Assembly (NCBI GenBank): GCA_958348245.1
Contig: CATVYJ010000005.1
Span: forward strand, 13,625-77,624
DNA length: 64,000 bases
Direction of reading: 5' to 3'
DNA from: an uncultured Veillonellaceae bacterium
Lineage (GTDB): Bacteria; Bacillota; Negativicutes; Veillonellales; Dialisteraceae
The notes beneath the pieces were generated by a model, which did not search any database, had not been told where the DNA came from, and saw only the letters and a list, made by a program, of their open reading frames with translations. The first letter of the stretch is position 1. Each line of letters starts with the position of its first letter. Below are positions 36,992 to 47,070 of the stretch, one piece after another. A program made the translations under genes and the position numbers.

Positions 36992-37696
36992 TCAGAGCAA
37001 TTCATAGGTGACGGTGAGCTGGGCGGAGACGGTCTGCGCGCCCGCTTCCACAGGGGTGACGGCGGAGCCGGCGGAGGAAGCCTTCGCGAGGAAGACCGCA
37101 TCCCGGCGCAGGACCGGCGGCGTATAGCCCGTCTCGGTGACGGTGAGCGCCGGGCCGAGGGAGAGACAGAGTGTGTCCGCGAGGGCCTGGGCCTGCCGGC
37201 GCGCGTCTTCTGCGGCGGCGGCGTAGGCCCGCAGGCGGTAGGGCGCGCCGTCTGCGGTCTGGAACTGGAGCGAGTCGATGCGGTCCGCGCCGTGTTCCGC
37301 GGCGGCGTCGATGAGGAATCCCGTGAGCGACAGGTAGGGCACGCGCACCTTCATCTGGTTCACCGCGCGGTAGCCCCGGAGGAGGGACGTGCCTTTCTTC
37401 TGGTCGTACACGTAGATGGGATTCACTGTATAGTTTTCCGTGGTGAGCTGGTCCATGCGGGCGCCCGCGGCGAGGAGCGCCTCCCGGAGGGCCCGGGTGC
37501 GGCGGGCGTTCTGCGCGGCCGCTTCCTGCTGGGTGTCCGCGGTGGTCTCCACGTAGGCGGAGAAGGACGCGGAGCCCGCTTCGGCGGCGATGCGCCCCGT
37601 GCCGGTGACGGTCACTGTGCGCGGCGCGGCGGAGGCGGTGAGGCCCGCTCCCGCGAGAAGCGCCGCCGCCATGATGAGCGTGGTGAGTGGTTTCAT
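36992..37696 (-). CDS. SIMPL-domain periplasmic protein (paralog)
   Basis: MKPLTTLIMAAALLAGAGLTASAAPRTVTVTGTGRIAAEA...QLTVTYELL. Confidence 0.7.
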   Translation of the reverse strand: MKPLTTLIMAAALLAGAGLTASAAPRTVTVTGTGRIAAEAGSASFSAYVETTADTQQEAAAQNARRTRALREALLAAGARMDQLTTENYTVNPIYVYDQKKGTSLLRGYRAVNQMKVRVPYLSLTGFLIDAAAEHGADRIDSLQFQTADGAPYRLRAYAAAAEDARRQAQALADTLCLSLGPALTVTETGYTPPVLRRDAVFLAKASSAGSAVTPVEAGAQTVSAQLTVTYELL

Positions 37697-37952
37697 GATG
37701 CTTTCCTTTCTGCACTGGGCAAATCGGCGGAGTCGCCGTTTCCTTCATTGTATGATTAGTAATAATAACCTGTCAACGGGCGGCGCCTTTCCCTTTTGGC
37801 ATGGAAGGGGCGGGGGCGGCGTCCGGCGCATGGAGGAAATTTTTCCCCGCGGTCCCGGGCGGGCGCGGCGTGCCTTTTTGCCCTGCGATGTGATAAGATA
37901 TAGCTGTATAAGCATGGCATCGGTTCAGTGCAGAGAGGGAGGAGTGTTTCCT

Positions 37953-40900
37953 GTGTCCGATATCAGACGTGTATATGTACGGAAAAAAGAAGGATTCCGG
38001 CAGGAAGAGGAGCGGCTCGCGGCAGAGCTCGCCGAATTTCTGGGAGACCGCATCCGGGGGGCGGCCATCTACCACCGCTACGATGTGGAGGGACTCGACG
38101 CGGAGGAATACGAGAAGGCGCGCATCACGGTCTTCTCCGAACCGCCGGTGGACGAGACGGAAGAGACCCTGCCCGCAGGCGACATGGTGCTCGCCGTGGA
38201 ATTCCTGCCCGGCCAGTACGATCAGCGCGCGGATTCGGCGGAGCAGTGCCTCGCCATTCTCACCGGCAAGGACGGCATCCATGTGCGGTGCGCCCTCGTG
38301 TACGCCCTGACGGGAACGTTTGCGGAAGGCGACCGGGAAGCGGTGCTGAAATTCCTCGTAAACCCCGTGGAATCCCGCGAAGCGTCGCTCGCGCCGGCGG
38401 AGACGCTGGACCTGCCCTATGAAGAGCCGCAGGCCGTCCCTGTCGTCGAAGGCTTCCGCTCCATGGATGAAGCGGCGCTCCGGGGCCTCATGAGCGGCAT
38501 GGGCCTTGCCATGAGCTATGACGATCTGGCGTTCATCCAGGCCCACTACCGGGACGAGGAACGGCGCGATCCCACCGTGACAGAGATCCGCGTATTCGAC
38601 ACGTACTGGTCGGATCACTGCCGCCACACCACCTTCGGTACGGCGCTCTCGTCCGTCACCGTGGACGAAGGGCGCTATGCGAAGCCCATCGAGGCGGCGC
38701 TCGCCGATTACCGCGCGGCGCGGGACGATCTCTACGGCGCGGACACGAAGCGCCCGGTGACGCTCATGGACATGGCTACCGCCGCGGTGAAAGCCCTCCG
38801 CAAAGAAGGCAGGCTCCAGGAAATGGACCAGTCCGATGAAATCAACGCGTGCACCATCAAGGTGAAGGTGGATACGGACCACGGCGAAGAAGACTGGCTG
38901 CTCCTCTTCAAAAATGAAACGCACAACCATCCCACGGAGATCGAACCGTTCGGCGGCGCGGCGACCTGCCTCGGCGGCTGCATCCGCGACCCTCTCTCCG
39001 GCCGGGCCTATGTGTATCAGGCCATGCGCGTCACCGGCGCGGGCGATCCCCGCACGCCCCTTGCGGAGACGCTGCCGGGCAAGCTCCCTCAGCGGACGCT
39101 TACGGTGACGGCCGCAAAGGGCTACAGCTCCTACGGCAACCAGATCGGCCTGGCCACGGGCGAAGTGACCGAATACTATCATCCGGGCTTCGTGGCCAAG
39201 CGCATGGAAATCGGCGCGGTGGTCGCGGCGGCCCCGCAGGAAAATGTGGTGCGCCTCACTCCGCAGCCGGGCGACGTGGTCATCATGGTGGGCGGCGCGA
39301 CGGGCCGCGACGGCATGGGCGGCGCGACGGGCTCCTCGAAGGAGCTCAATACGGAGTCCATCGAGACCTGCGGCGCGGAAGTGCAGAAGGGCAACCCGCT
39401 CACGGAGCGCAAGATCCAGTGCCTCTTCCGCCGGGGCGAAGCGACCCGCCTCATCAAGCGGAGCAACGACTTCGGCGCGGGCGGCGTATCCGTCGCGGTG
39501 GGCGAGCTCACCGACGGCGTGGATATCGACCTGGACACGCTCCCGAAGAAATACGAAGGGCTCGACGGGACGGAGCTTGCCATTTCCGAATCGCAGGAAC
39601 GGATGGCCGTGGTGGTGGCCGCGAAGGACGCGGACGAATTTATCCGTTATGCCGCAGAGGAAAATCTCGAAGCCACCGTGGTGGCCCGCGTGACCGACAA
39701 GGGCCGCCTCACCATGCGCTGGCGGGGGGATGTCATCGTGGACATCAGCCGGGCCTTCCTCGACACGAACGGCGTCACCCAGACGAAGGAAGCGGAGATC
39801 GCCGCGCCGGCGGAGACCGATCCCTTTGCGCTTCCCGCCGTGTCCTCCGTGAAGGACAAATGGCTCGGCGAGATGGGTGCGCTCAATAACGCCTCCGAAC
39901 AGGGGCTGGGCGAGCGCTTCGACGGCACCATCGGCGCGGCCACGGTGCTCATGCCCTACGGCGGCCATTACCAGAAGACCCCCGCGGACGGCATGGCGGC
40001 GAAACTCCCCGTGCGGAAGGGCGAGACCGACACGGCGAGCTTCATGACCCACGGGTACGATCCGGACCTCGCGGTGTGGAGCCCCTTCCACGGCGCGGCC
40101 TGCGCGGTGCTCCTCTCGGCGGCGCGCCTGACCGCCCTCGGCGCGGACTGGCGGAAGGCCTATCTCACGCTGCAGGAATATTTTGAAAAACTCACCGACC
40201 GGAAGAGCTGGGGCAAGCCCGCGGCGGCGCTCCTCGGGGCGTTCGCCATGCAGCGCCGCCTCGGCCTCGGCGCCATCGGCGGCAAGGACTCCATGAGCGG
40301 CACCTTCAACGATCTTCACGTGCCGCCGACCCTCGTATCCTTCGCGGTCGCGCCGGGCCGGGCGTCCGAAGCGGTGAGCCAGGAATGGAAAGAGGCGGGG
40401 CACGCGCTGGTGCTCTTCGACGTACCGCACGACGAGGCGGGCATGCCCGATACGGACGTCTTTGCGGCGCACGGCGATTTTCTCTATCAGGAAGTCCGGG
40501 CCGGCCATATCGCGGCCATGAAGGCCGTGGGCCGCGGCGGCATCGCGGTCACCGCGGCGAAGATGGCCTTCGGCAACGGCATCGGCGCGGCCTTCAACGA
40601 CGCACTCGCCCCGGCGGAATATTTCCGGCTCCGCTATGGCGCGCTCCTCGTGGAGACGACGCAGGAGCTCGCGGCGGAATACGCGAAGCGGGACCACGTG
40701 ACGGTCATCGCGCGGCTCGGCGGCACGGACATGGCGCTCGGCGGCGAAACGGTCTCCGTGGCGGACCTCCTCGCCGCGTCGGAAAAGACGCTCGACCCGA
40801 TCTTCCCGCTCCGCGCGGCGGATCTTCCCGGCGAAGTGCCGGCGCTGCCGAAGTACGCCGGCGCGCAGGTGGCCTATCACGGCGCGGCCGCCGCGCGGCC

Positions 40901-41696
40901 CCGGGTCTTCATCCCGGTCATGCCCGGCACAAACTGCGAAGTGGACAGCGCCCGCGCCTTTGAACGGGCCGGGGCGGACGCGGATATTTTCATCGTGCGC
41001 AACCGCGACCAGGCGGAGCTGAAAGCCTCCGTGGAAGCCATGGCGGCGCGCATCCGGGAGGCGCAGATCGTCATGTTCCCGGGCGGCTTCTCCGCCGGGG
41101 ACGAACCGGACGGCAGCGGCAAATTCATCGCCGCCCTCTTCCGGAATCCGCTCCTCGAACACGCCCTGGGCGACCTCCTCAATAACCGGGACGGCCTCGT
41201 GCTCGGCATCTGCAACGGCTTCCAGGCGCTCATCAAGCTCGGCCTCGTGCCCTACGGCGAATTCAAGCCGCTCACGGGCGGCGCGCCGACCCTCACCTTC
41301 AATACCATCGGCCGCCATCTCTCGCGGTACGTCACCACCCGCGTGGTGTCCACGAAATCCCCGTGGCTTGCGCTCTGTAAAGAAGGCGACCTCCACAGCA
41401 TCGCCATCAGCCACGGCGAAGGGCGCTTCATCGCCTCCGACGAGCAGATCCGCGCCTGGGCGGCGAACGGTCAGATCGCCACGCAGTACACCGACTTCGA
41501 AGGCCGCCCGACCTACGACAGCCGGTACAATCCGAACGGCTCCGCCTGGGCCGTCGAGGGCATCACCAGCCCGGACGGCCGCGTGCTGGGCAAGATGGGC
41601 CACAGCGAACGGTACGGCGCGAATATCGCAAAGAACATCGACGGCGAAAAATACCAGCCGCTCTTCGCGGCGGGCGTCGCCTATTTCAGGGGGTGA
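37953..41696 (+). CDS. purL: phosphoribosylformylglycinamidine synthase, single-chain large type (PurL with C-terminal glutaminase domain). Probable GTG start.
   Basis: VSDIRRVYVRKKEGFRQEEE... N-terminus as in long-form FGAM synthases. GICNGFQALIKLG glutamine amidotransferase cysteine at the C-terminus. An alternative ATG lies at about 37915. Confidence 0.85.
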   Translation: MSDIRRVYVRKKEGFRQEEERLAAELAEFLGDRIRGAAIYHRYDVEGLDAEEYEKARITVFSEPPVDETEETLPAGDMVLAVEFLPGQYDQRADSAEQCLAILTGKDGIHVRCALVYALTGTFAEGDREAVLKFLVNPVESREASLAPAETLDLPYEEPQAVPVVEGFRSMDEAALRGLMSGMGLAMSYDDLAFIQAHYRDEERRDPTVTEIRVFDTYWSDHCRHTTFGTALSSVTVDEGRYAKPIEAALADYRAARDDLYGADTKRPVTLMDMATAAVKALRKEGRLQEMDQSDEINACTIKVKVDTDHGEEDWLLLFKNETHNHPTEIEPFGGAATCLGGCIRDPLSGRAYVYQAMRVTGAGDPRTPLAETLPGKLPQRTLTVTAAKGYSSYGNQIGLATGEVTEYYHPGFVAKRMEIGAVVAAAPQENVVRLTPQPGDVVIMVGGATGRDGMGGATGSSKELNTESIETCGAEVQKGNPLTERKIQCLFRRGEATRLIKRSNDFGAGGVSVAVGELTDGVDIDLDTLPKKYEGLDGTELAISESQERMAVVVAAKDADEFIRYAAEENLEATVVARVTDKGRLTMRWRGDVIVDISRAFLDTNGVTQTKEAEIAAPAETDPFALPAVSSVKDKWLGEMGALNNASEQGLGERFDGTIGAATVLMPYGGHYQKTPADGMAAKLPVRKGETDTASFMTHGYDPDLAVWSPFHGAACAVLLSAARLTALGADWRKAYLTLQEYFEKLTDRKSWGKPAAALLGAFAMQRRLGLGAIGGKDSMSGTFNDLHVPPTLVSFAVAPGRASEAVSQEWKEAGHALVLFDVPHDEAGMPDTDVFAAHGDFLYQEVRAGHIAAMKAVGRGGIAVTAAKMAFGNGIGAAFNDALAPAEYFRLRYGALLVETTQELAAEYAKRDHVTVIARLGGTDMALGGETVSVADLLAASEKTLDPIFPLRAADLPGEVPALPKYAGAQVAYHGAAAARPRVFIPVMPGTNCEVDSARAFERAGADADIFIVRNRDQAELKASVEAMAARIREAQIVMFPGGFSAGDEPDGSGKFIAALFRNPLLEHALGDLLNNRDGLVLGICNGFQALIKLGLVPYGEFKPLTGGAPTLTFNTIGRHLSRYVTTRVVSTKSPWLALCKEGDLHSIAISHGEGRFIASDEQIRAWAANGQIATQYTDFEGRPTYDSRYNPNGSAWAVEGITSPDGRVLGKMGHSERYGANIAKNIDGEKYQPLFAAGVAYFRG

Positions 41697-41702
41697 TTTC
41701 CA

Positions 41703-41957
41703 ATGAAGACCATCGATTACACCACGCACGGCACGTGCTCCCGGGCCATCCACATCGAGCTCGACGGGAACACCATTCATAAAGTGGCTTTCGACGGGGG
41801 CTGCCCGGGCAATACGCAGGGCATCTGCCATCTCGTGGAGGGGATGGACGCGGACGAAGTGATCCGCCGCCTGAAAGGCATCCCCTGCCGGGGCAAGACC
41901 ACGTCCTGCCCGGACCAGCTGGCCCGCGCGCTGGAAGAAGCGAAGCAGCAGGGCTGA
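41703..41957 (+). CDS. TSCPD-domain small protein
   Basis: 84 aa, ...GKTTSCPDQLARALEEA contains the eponymous TSCPD motif plus GGCPGNTQGICH. Confidence 0.6.
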   Translation: MKTIDYTTHGTCSRAIHIELDGNTIHKVAFDGGCPGNTQGICHLVEGMDADEVIRRLKGIPCRGKTTSCPDQLARALEEAKQQG

Positions 41958-42016
41958 ATCCAGATCAGGGAGGCAGACGGAATCCGTCTGTCTCTTTTCC
42001 GTGAAAGGAGAGCGGC

Positions 42017-42739
42017 ATGCTCAAAGGAAAACGAATCATCATCTGCGACATGGACGGCACGCTCATCGATTCGCTCGGCGTGTGGGACTCGGTGGACGCG
42101 GCCCTCATCGAAGCGCTGGGCGGCGCGGTTTCGCGGGCAGACGTGGGGCCGCAGCGGGAGCGCCTGCTCCGCGCGCTCCGGGCGGAGAAGAATCCCTACC
42201 TCGCCTACTGCCGCGAGCTGGGGCGGCTCTGCGGCTCGGCGCTGGCGGCGGAGGAAATCCTCGCCCTCCGAGACCGCATCGCCGGGAGAAAGCTCACCTG
42301 CGAGGTGCGCTATAAGCCCGGCGCGGCAGAAGCGGCGCGGTATCTGAAAGGGAAAGGCTTCGTCCTGGGCATCGCCACCACCACCCGCCGGCGCAACATG
42401 GAGATCTACCGCCTGCATAATGAGAATCTCCGCGCGGCGCTTCCCATCGACGACTGGTTTTCCTTCGTCTATACGAGAGAGGACGTGGCGGCCATCAAGC
42501 CGGACCCGGAAGTGCATGAAAAAGTCCTGGCCGGCCTCGGCGCGCGGCCGGAGGACTGCTTCATCATGGAAGACTCCCTCTCGGGCGTGCTCGCCGCGAA
42601 GAACGCCCGCATCGACTGCGCGGCGCTCTACGACAGCTACTCCGAGGGCGACTGGCCGGAGATCGTGCACACCGCGCCGTACCATTTCCCCGGCTGGGAG
42701 GCGTTCCTCGCCGCGGCGCAGGACGAACTGGGCGAATAG
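42017..42739 (+). CDS. HAD-IA family hydrolase (phosphatase / beta-phosphoglucomutase-like)
   Basis: MLKGKRIIICDMDGTLIDS (DxDGT motif). Confidence 0.75.
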   Translation: MLKGKRIIICDMDGTLIDSLGVWDSVDAALIEALGGAVSRADVGPQRERLLRALRAEKNPYLAYCRELGRLCGSALAAEEILALRDRIAGRKLTCEVRYKPGAAEAARYLKGKGFVLGIATTTRRRNMEIYRLHNENLRAALPIDDWFSFVYTREDVAAIKPDPEVHEKVLAGLGARPEDCFIMEDSLSGVLAAKNARIDCAALYDSYSEGDWPEIVHTAPYHFPGWEAFLAAAQDELGE

Positions 42740-42789
42740 CATACAAAAAGAAATCCGCAGGGATTGTTCCCTGCGGATTTTTTGCATGT

Positions 42790-43824
42790 TTATTTTTTAT
42801 GCGTCGGAAGGACGGCGGCAAGGGCATCCACCGCCGCTTCTTCCGTGGCCCAGCTTGTGGCGAAGCGCACCACCTGATCGTCTCCGTGAGGCTCCCAGTA
42901 TTCATACCGGGCGTGTTTCCCGATTTCCTCCGCTTCTTCTTTCGTGAGGATGACGAATTGCTGGTTTGTGGGAGAGTCAATGTAGAGCGGATAGCCCCGG
43001 TCGAGGAAGAGCTGCTTCAGCTTCATGGCCATGGCGACGGCGTGGCGGCTGATGGAGAAGTACAGATCGTCCGTGAAGAGCGCGTCGAACTGCACGCCCA
43101 GGAGGCGTCCTTTCGCGAGGAGCGCCCCGTGCTGTTTCACGTGGGTGAAGAAATGGGCCGGCGCGCCGTGCGGGAAGACCACCGCTTCGCCGCAGAGCGC
43201 GCCCACCTTCGTGCCGCCGATGTAGAAGACGTCGCAGAGCGCGGCCAGCTCGGGGAGCGTCACGTCGCACGCGGGGCTCGCGAGGCCGTAGCCGAGGCGC
43301 GCCCCGTCGATATAGAGGGGCAGGCCGTAGCGGTGCGCCGCATCGGAGAGGGCGCGGAGCTCGTCCTTCGTATAGAGCGTGCCGTATTCCGTGGGATAGG
43401 AAATGTACACCATCCCCGGGAAGACCATCGCTTCGTGGTTCGGGTCCGCGTAGTACGCGGCGAGATAGGCTTCGAGCTCGGCCGCGTCCAGTTTGCCTTC
43501 ATGCGCGGGGAGGGCGAGCACCTTGTGCCCGCTGTGCTCGATGGCGCCCGCCTCGTGCACGGCGATGTGCCCGGTGGCGCACGCAATGGCCCCTTCGTAG
43601 GAGCGGAGATACGCCGAGATGACGGTCTCATTTGTCTGGGTCCCGCCGGAAATGAAGAAGACGTCGCCGTCCGGGCAGCCCGCCGCGGCGAGGATTTTCT
43701 CCTTCGCCCGCTGCGTGTACGGGTCCGCGCCGTAGCCGGAGAGAGACTCCCGGTTCGTTTCCGCCAGATGACGGAGCACCGCTTCGTGCGCCCCTTCGCC
43801 GTAGTCGTTCACAAAGAAAAGCAT
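42790..43824 (-). CDS. ltaE: low-specificity L-threonine aldolase (PLP-dependent)
   Basis: MLFFVNDYGEGAHEAVLRHLAETN...ISGGTQTNETVISAYL...YIGGTKVGA. Confidence 0.8.
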   Translation of the reverse strand: MLFFVNDYGEGAHEAVLRHLAETNRESLSGYGADPYTQRAKEKILAAAGCPDGDVFFISGGTQTNETVISAYLRSYEGAIACATGHIAVHEAGAIEHSGHKVLALPAHEGKLDAAELEAYLAAYYADPNHEAMVFPGMVYISYPTEYGTLYTKDELRALSDAAHRYGLPLYIDGARLGYGLASPACDVTLPELAALCDVFYIGGTKVGALCGEAVVFPHGAPAHFFTHVKQHGALLAKGRLLGVQFDALFTDDLYFSISRHAVAMAMKLKQLFLDRGYPLYIDSPTNQQFVILTKEEAEEIGKHARYEYWEPHGDDQVVRFATSWATEEAAVDALAAVLPTHKK

Positions 43825-44000
43825 GAGGATTCCTTCTTTCTGATCCAGTTTTTTCCCATTATAGCAGAAAGCGCCCGCTTCCAGAAGACGACGGGATGGA
43901 ATGTGAATGCGGATAAAATGTCAACATTGACAATTCGGCGGAGTTGTTATATTCTTGCAGATGTAAACCAGTATAAATTTTCTTAGAGACAATCGAGGCG

Positions 44001-44579
44001 GTGCATATGATACAGGCGGCAGGACAGGCGCGGACCCGCACGCGGGACATGGTGCTCTTCGGACTGTTTACGGCGCTCACCGCGGTGGGGGCGTTCATCC
44101 GGGTGCCCGTGCCGGTGTGCCCCTTCACGCTGCAGCTGCTCTTCACCACGCTCGCCGGGCTCGTTCTGGGCAGCCGGCGCGGCGCGGCGGCGGTGGCGCT
44201 CTATGTGGCGCTGGGGCTTCTCGGCGTGCCTGTCTTCACCGAAGGAGGCGGGCCGGGCTACATCTTCCAGCCCACCTTCGGCTATCTGGCGGGATTTGTC
44301 GGCGGGGCGTGGCTCACGGGGAAGATCCGCGAAGGCGCGGAGGGGATGCCGTCGCTTTCGCGTCTGCTCTTCGCCGATTTCGCGGGCCTGGCCGTGGTGT
44401 ATCTCTGCGGCATGGCCTACGTGTACGTTCTCTCGAATTATTATCTGGGCACGCCCATCGGCGTCTGGCCGGTGATTCTCTACTGCTTCCTCCTCGCCGT
44501 GCCCGGGGATATCTGCCTGTGCGTGCTCGCGGCGCTTCTCGCGCGGCGGCTCTTCCGGGCGGAAGGCATCCTGCATTGA
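44001..44579 (+). CDS. bioY: biotin transporter BioY (the start may be a downstream in-frame ATG)
   Basis: ...DMVLFGLFTALTAVGAFIRVPVPVCPFTLQLLFTTLAGLVLGSRRGAAAVALYVALGLLGVPVF... Confidence 0.8.
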   Translation: MHMIQAAGQARTRTRDMVLFGLFTALTAVGAFIRVPVPVCPFTLQLLFTTLAGLVLGSRRGAAAVALYVALGLLGVPVFTEGGGPGYIFQPTFGYLAGFVGGAWLTGKIREGAEGMPSLSRLLFADFAGLAVVYLCGMAYVYVLSNYYLGTPIGVWPVILYCFLLAVPGDICLCVLAALLARRLFRAEGILH

Positions 44580-44637
44580 AAGGGGCGCTCCGGCGGGCGC
44601 TCTTTTTCATAGAACAACAAAGAAAGAAGGAATGACC

Positions 44638-45306
44638 ATGGGGAAAGGATTATTCATCACCGGCACCGATACGGACATCGGCAAGACCTACGTGACGGCG
44701 CTGCTCGTGAAGACGCTCCGCAGCGCGGGGTACGACGTGGGCTATTACAAGGCGGCCATCAGCGGGGCGGACTCCGTCGCGGAAAGCGACGCGGGCTTTG
44801 TAAACCGCTTCGCGCATATCGGCGAGCCGGAGGACATGCTCCTCTCGTATCTGTATAAAAACGCCGTGTCGCCCCATCTGGCGGCGCGCATCGAAGGGCA
44901 TCCCGTGGAGAAGGACGTGATTCTCGCGGGATGGCAGCGCGCGGCGGCGAAATATCCCTACGTCACCATGGAGGGGAGCGGCGGCATCTGCTGCCCCATC
45001 CGGCACGACGAGACCGCCGTGTACTACCTGGAGGATATCATCCGCTGGCTGCGCCTGCCCGTGCTCATCGTGGCCGACGCGGGCCTGGGCACCATCAATC
45101 ACGTGGCGCTGACCGCGTTTTATATGAAAGAGCGCGGCCTCACCGCGAAGGGCGTCCTCCTCAATAACTGGAAGGGCGGCCTCATGGAAGAAGACAATGT
45201 GAACATGATCGAGGAAATGACGGGCCTCCCCGTGCTGGCGAAAATCCGCCGGGGCGACACGGCGCTCGACGCGGACCCGGCGCTCCTGGCGTCGCTTTAC
45301 GAATGA
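44638..45306 (+). CDS. bioD: dethiobiotin synthetase
   Basis: MGKGLFITGTDTDIGKTYVTALL (P-loop), 223 aa. The start is the second ATG, after agaaagaagg. Confidence 0.85.
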   Translation: MGKGLFITGTDTDIGKTYVTALLVKTLRSAGYDVGYYKAAISGADSVAESDAGFVNRFAHIGEPEDMLLSYLYKNAVSPHLAARIEGHPVEKDVILAGWQRAAAKYPYVTMEGSGGICCPIRHDETAVYYLEDIIRWLRLPVLIVADAGLGTINHVALTAFYMKERGLTAKGVLLNNWKGGLMEEDNVNMIEEMTGLPVLAKIRRGDTALDADPALLASLYE

Positions 45307-45316
45307 GGAGGACAGC

Positions 45317-46687
45317 ATGGACGAAAAACAGACCTGGCCGGAGATCGACTGGGAAAAAGAGGATGAGAAATATATCTGGCACCCGGCGCAGCAGATGAAG
45401 GACGCGGAAGTCTTTCCGCCGGTGGTGATCGACCACGCGGAGGGGCTCTACCTGTACGACACGAAAGGGAAAGCCTATCTCGACATCATCAGCTCCTGGT
45501 GGTGCAATCTCCTCGGCCACTGCAACCCGGAGATCAACGAAGCCGTCAAGAAGCAGGTGGACGAGCTGGAGCACGTGATCTTCACGAATTTCTCCCACCG
45601 GCCCGCCATCGAGCTCTGCCGCGAGCTCGCGCCGCTCCTGCCGGAAGGGCTGTGCCGGTTCAGCTTCCACGACAACGGGTCTTCCGCGGTGGAAGCGGCC
45701 CTGAAGATGGCCTTCCAGTACCATTACCAGACGGGCCATCCCGAGCGGCAGCGCTTCATGTGCCTCGCCGACTCCTACCACGGCGAGACCATCGGCGCGC
45801 TCTCCGTGGGCGGCATGGACATGTACGCGAAGATTTATCAGCCCATGATGATGCACAACATCCATTTCGACGGGCTCGACTGCTTCCGCTGCCCCTACGG
45901 GAAGACCCGCGATACCTGCGCGTGCGAATGCTTCGAGAGCGCGGAGCAGGCCTTTGAGACATACGGGAAGCAGACCGCCGCGGTCATCGTGGAACCCATC
46001 CTGCAGGGCGCGGCGGGCATGCGCATCTATCCCGCGGAGTACCTCAGGAAACTCAGGAAGCTCTGCGACGCATACGGCGTCCTCCTGATCGACGACGAGA
46101 TCGCCGCGGGCTTCGGCCGCACGGGGAAACTCTTCGCCATCGAACACGCCGGCATCAGCCCGGACATTCTCTGCACCTCCAAAGGGCTCACCGGCGGATA
46201 CCTCCCCATGTCCATCACCATCACTACGGACAGGATTTACAACGCCTTCTACGACGACTACGGCACGCACAAAGCCTTCGTGCACAGCCATACCTACGCG
46301 GGCAATCCCATCGGCTGCGCCGCGGCGCTCGCCGTGCTGCGCATCCTGAAGCGCGACCATATCCTCGAGAAAGCCGCCGAAGTGGGCGTCTATCTCCATG
46401 AGGAGCTGGAGAAGGCCCTCGGCGGCCATCCGAATATGGGCGAGATCCGGCACATCGGCCTCATCAACGCCATGGAGCTCGTGGAAGACCGGAAGACGAA
46501 GAAGCCTTTTGATCCGAAGCGGCGCATCGGCTGGCAGATTTTCCGCCGCGCCATGGCCCGGGGCCTCGTGCTCCGTCCCATGGGGGATGTGATCTATTTC
46601 AACCCGCCTCTCACGCTCGATAAGGAAACGGCGAAGAAGGCGGTGGACCTCTGCCGGGAATCGGTGGAGGATGTGCTCGGAAAGTAA
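45317..46687 (+). CDS. bioA: adenosylmethionine-8-amino-7-oxononanoate aminotransferase
   Basis: 456 aa class-III aminotransferase, ...LLIDDEIAAGFGRTGKLFA... Confidence 0.85.
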   Translation: MDEKQTWPEIDWEKEDEKYIWHPAQQMKDAEVFPPVVIDHAEGLYLYDTKGKAYLDIISSWWCNLLGHCNPEINEAVKKQVDELEHVIFTNFSHRPAIELCRELAPLLPEGLCRFSFHDNGSSAVEAALKMAFQYHYQTGHPERQRFMCLADSYHGETIGALSVGGMDMYAKIYQPMMMHNIHFDGLDCFRCPYGKTRDTCACECFESAEQAFETYGKQTAAVIVEPILQGAAGMRIYPAEYLRKLRKLCDAYGVLLIDDEIAAGFGRTGKLFAIEHAGISPDILCTSKGLTGGYLPMSITITTDRIYNAFYDDYGTHKAFVHSHTYAGNPIGCAAALAVLRILKRDHILEKAAEVGVYLHEELEKALGGHPNMGEIRHIGLINAMELVEDRKTKKPFDPKRRIGWQIFRRAMARGLVLRPMGDVIYFNPPLTLDKETAKKAVDLCRESVEDVLGK

Positions 46688-46964
46688 TACGACCCTCTGT
46701 AAATGAGACAGCGGCATCAGTCAAGGCCGCTGTCTTTTATTACACCTGGACAATTTTTTCTAAATTCTTTTATAAACACAGAATAAATCATATAAAGAAA
46801 GAGAAAAACATCGACAGACAAGGCCCCTGGGAAAGAAGAAGGGGCCGTTTTTACGGCCCAATTCATAAATACGAGATTATGGGATAAGGCAGAGAAGGGC
46901 ATGATTCGGAAAGGGATATAAAATAAATCTGGCAGAAGACAACAGCCATACATAGTCTTATGCA

Positions 46965-46993
46965 TTGACAGGTAAAGCCGCCTCCCGTACAAT
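46965..46993 (+). promoter_or_regulatory. sigma70 promoter TTGACA-N17-TACAAT driving cassette 1
   Basis: ttgaca ggtaaagccgcctcccg tacaat gaaaac, in an AT-rich 0.5-kb intergenic region. Confidence 0.65.
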
Positions 46994-47030
46994 GAAAACG
47001 TGGTTATTGAGATTACGAAACTCAATCATC

Positions 47031-47070
47031 ATGTATTCTATGGTCAAAAAGGAGGATAGCAGATAAGACC
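47031..47070 (+). promoter_or_regulatory. conserved leader hairpin motif (copy 1) in the roughly 190-nt 5'UTR of cassette 1
   Basis: gtATTCTatGGTCaaAAAGGAGGatagcagataaGACCg. See the copies at 50211 and 58877. Confidence 0.4.
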
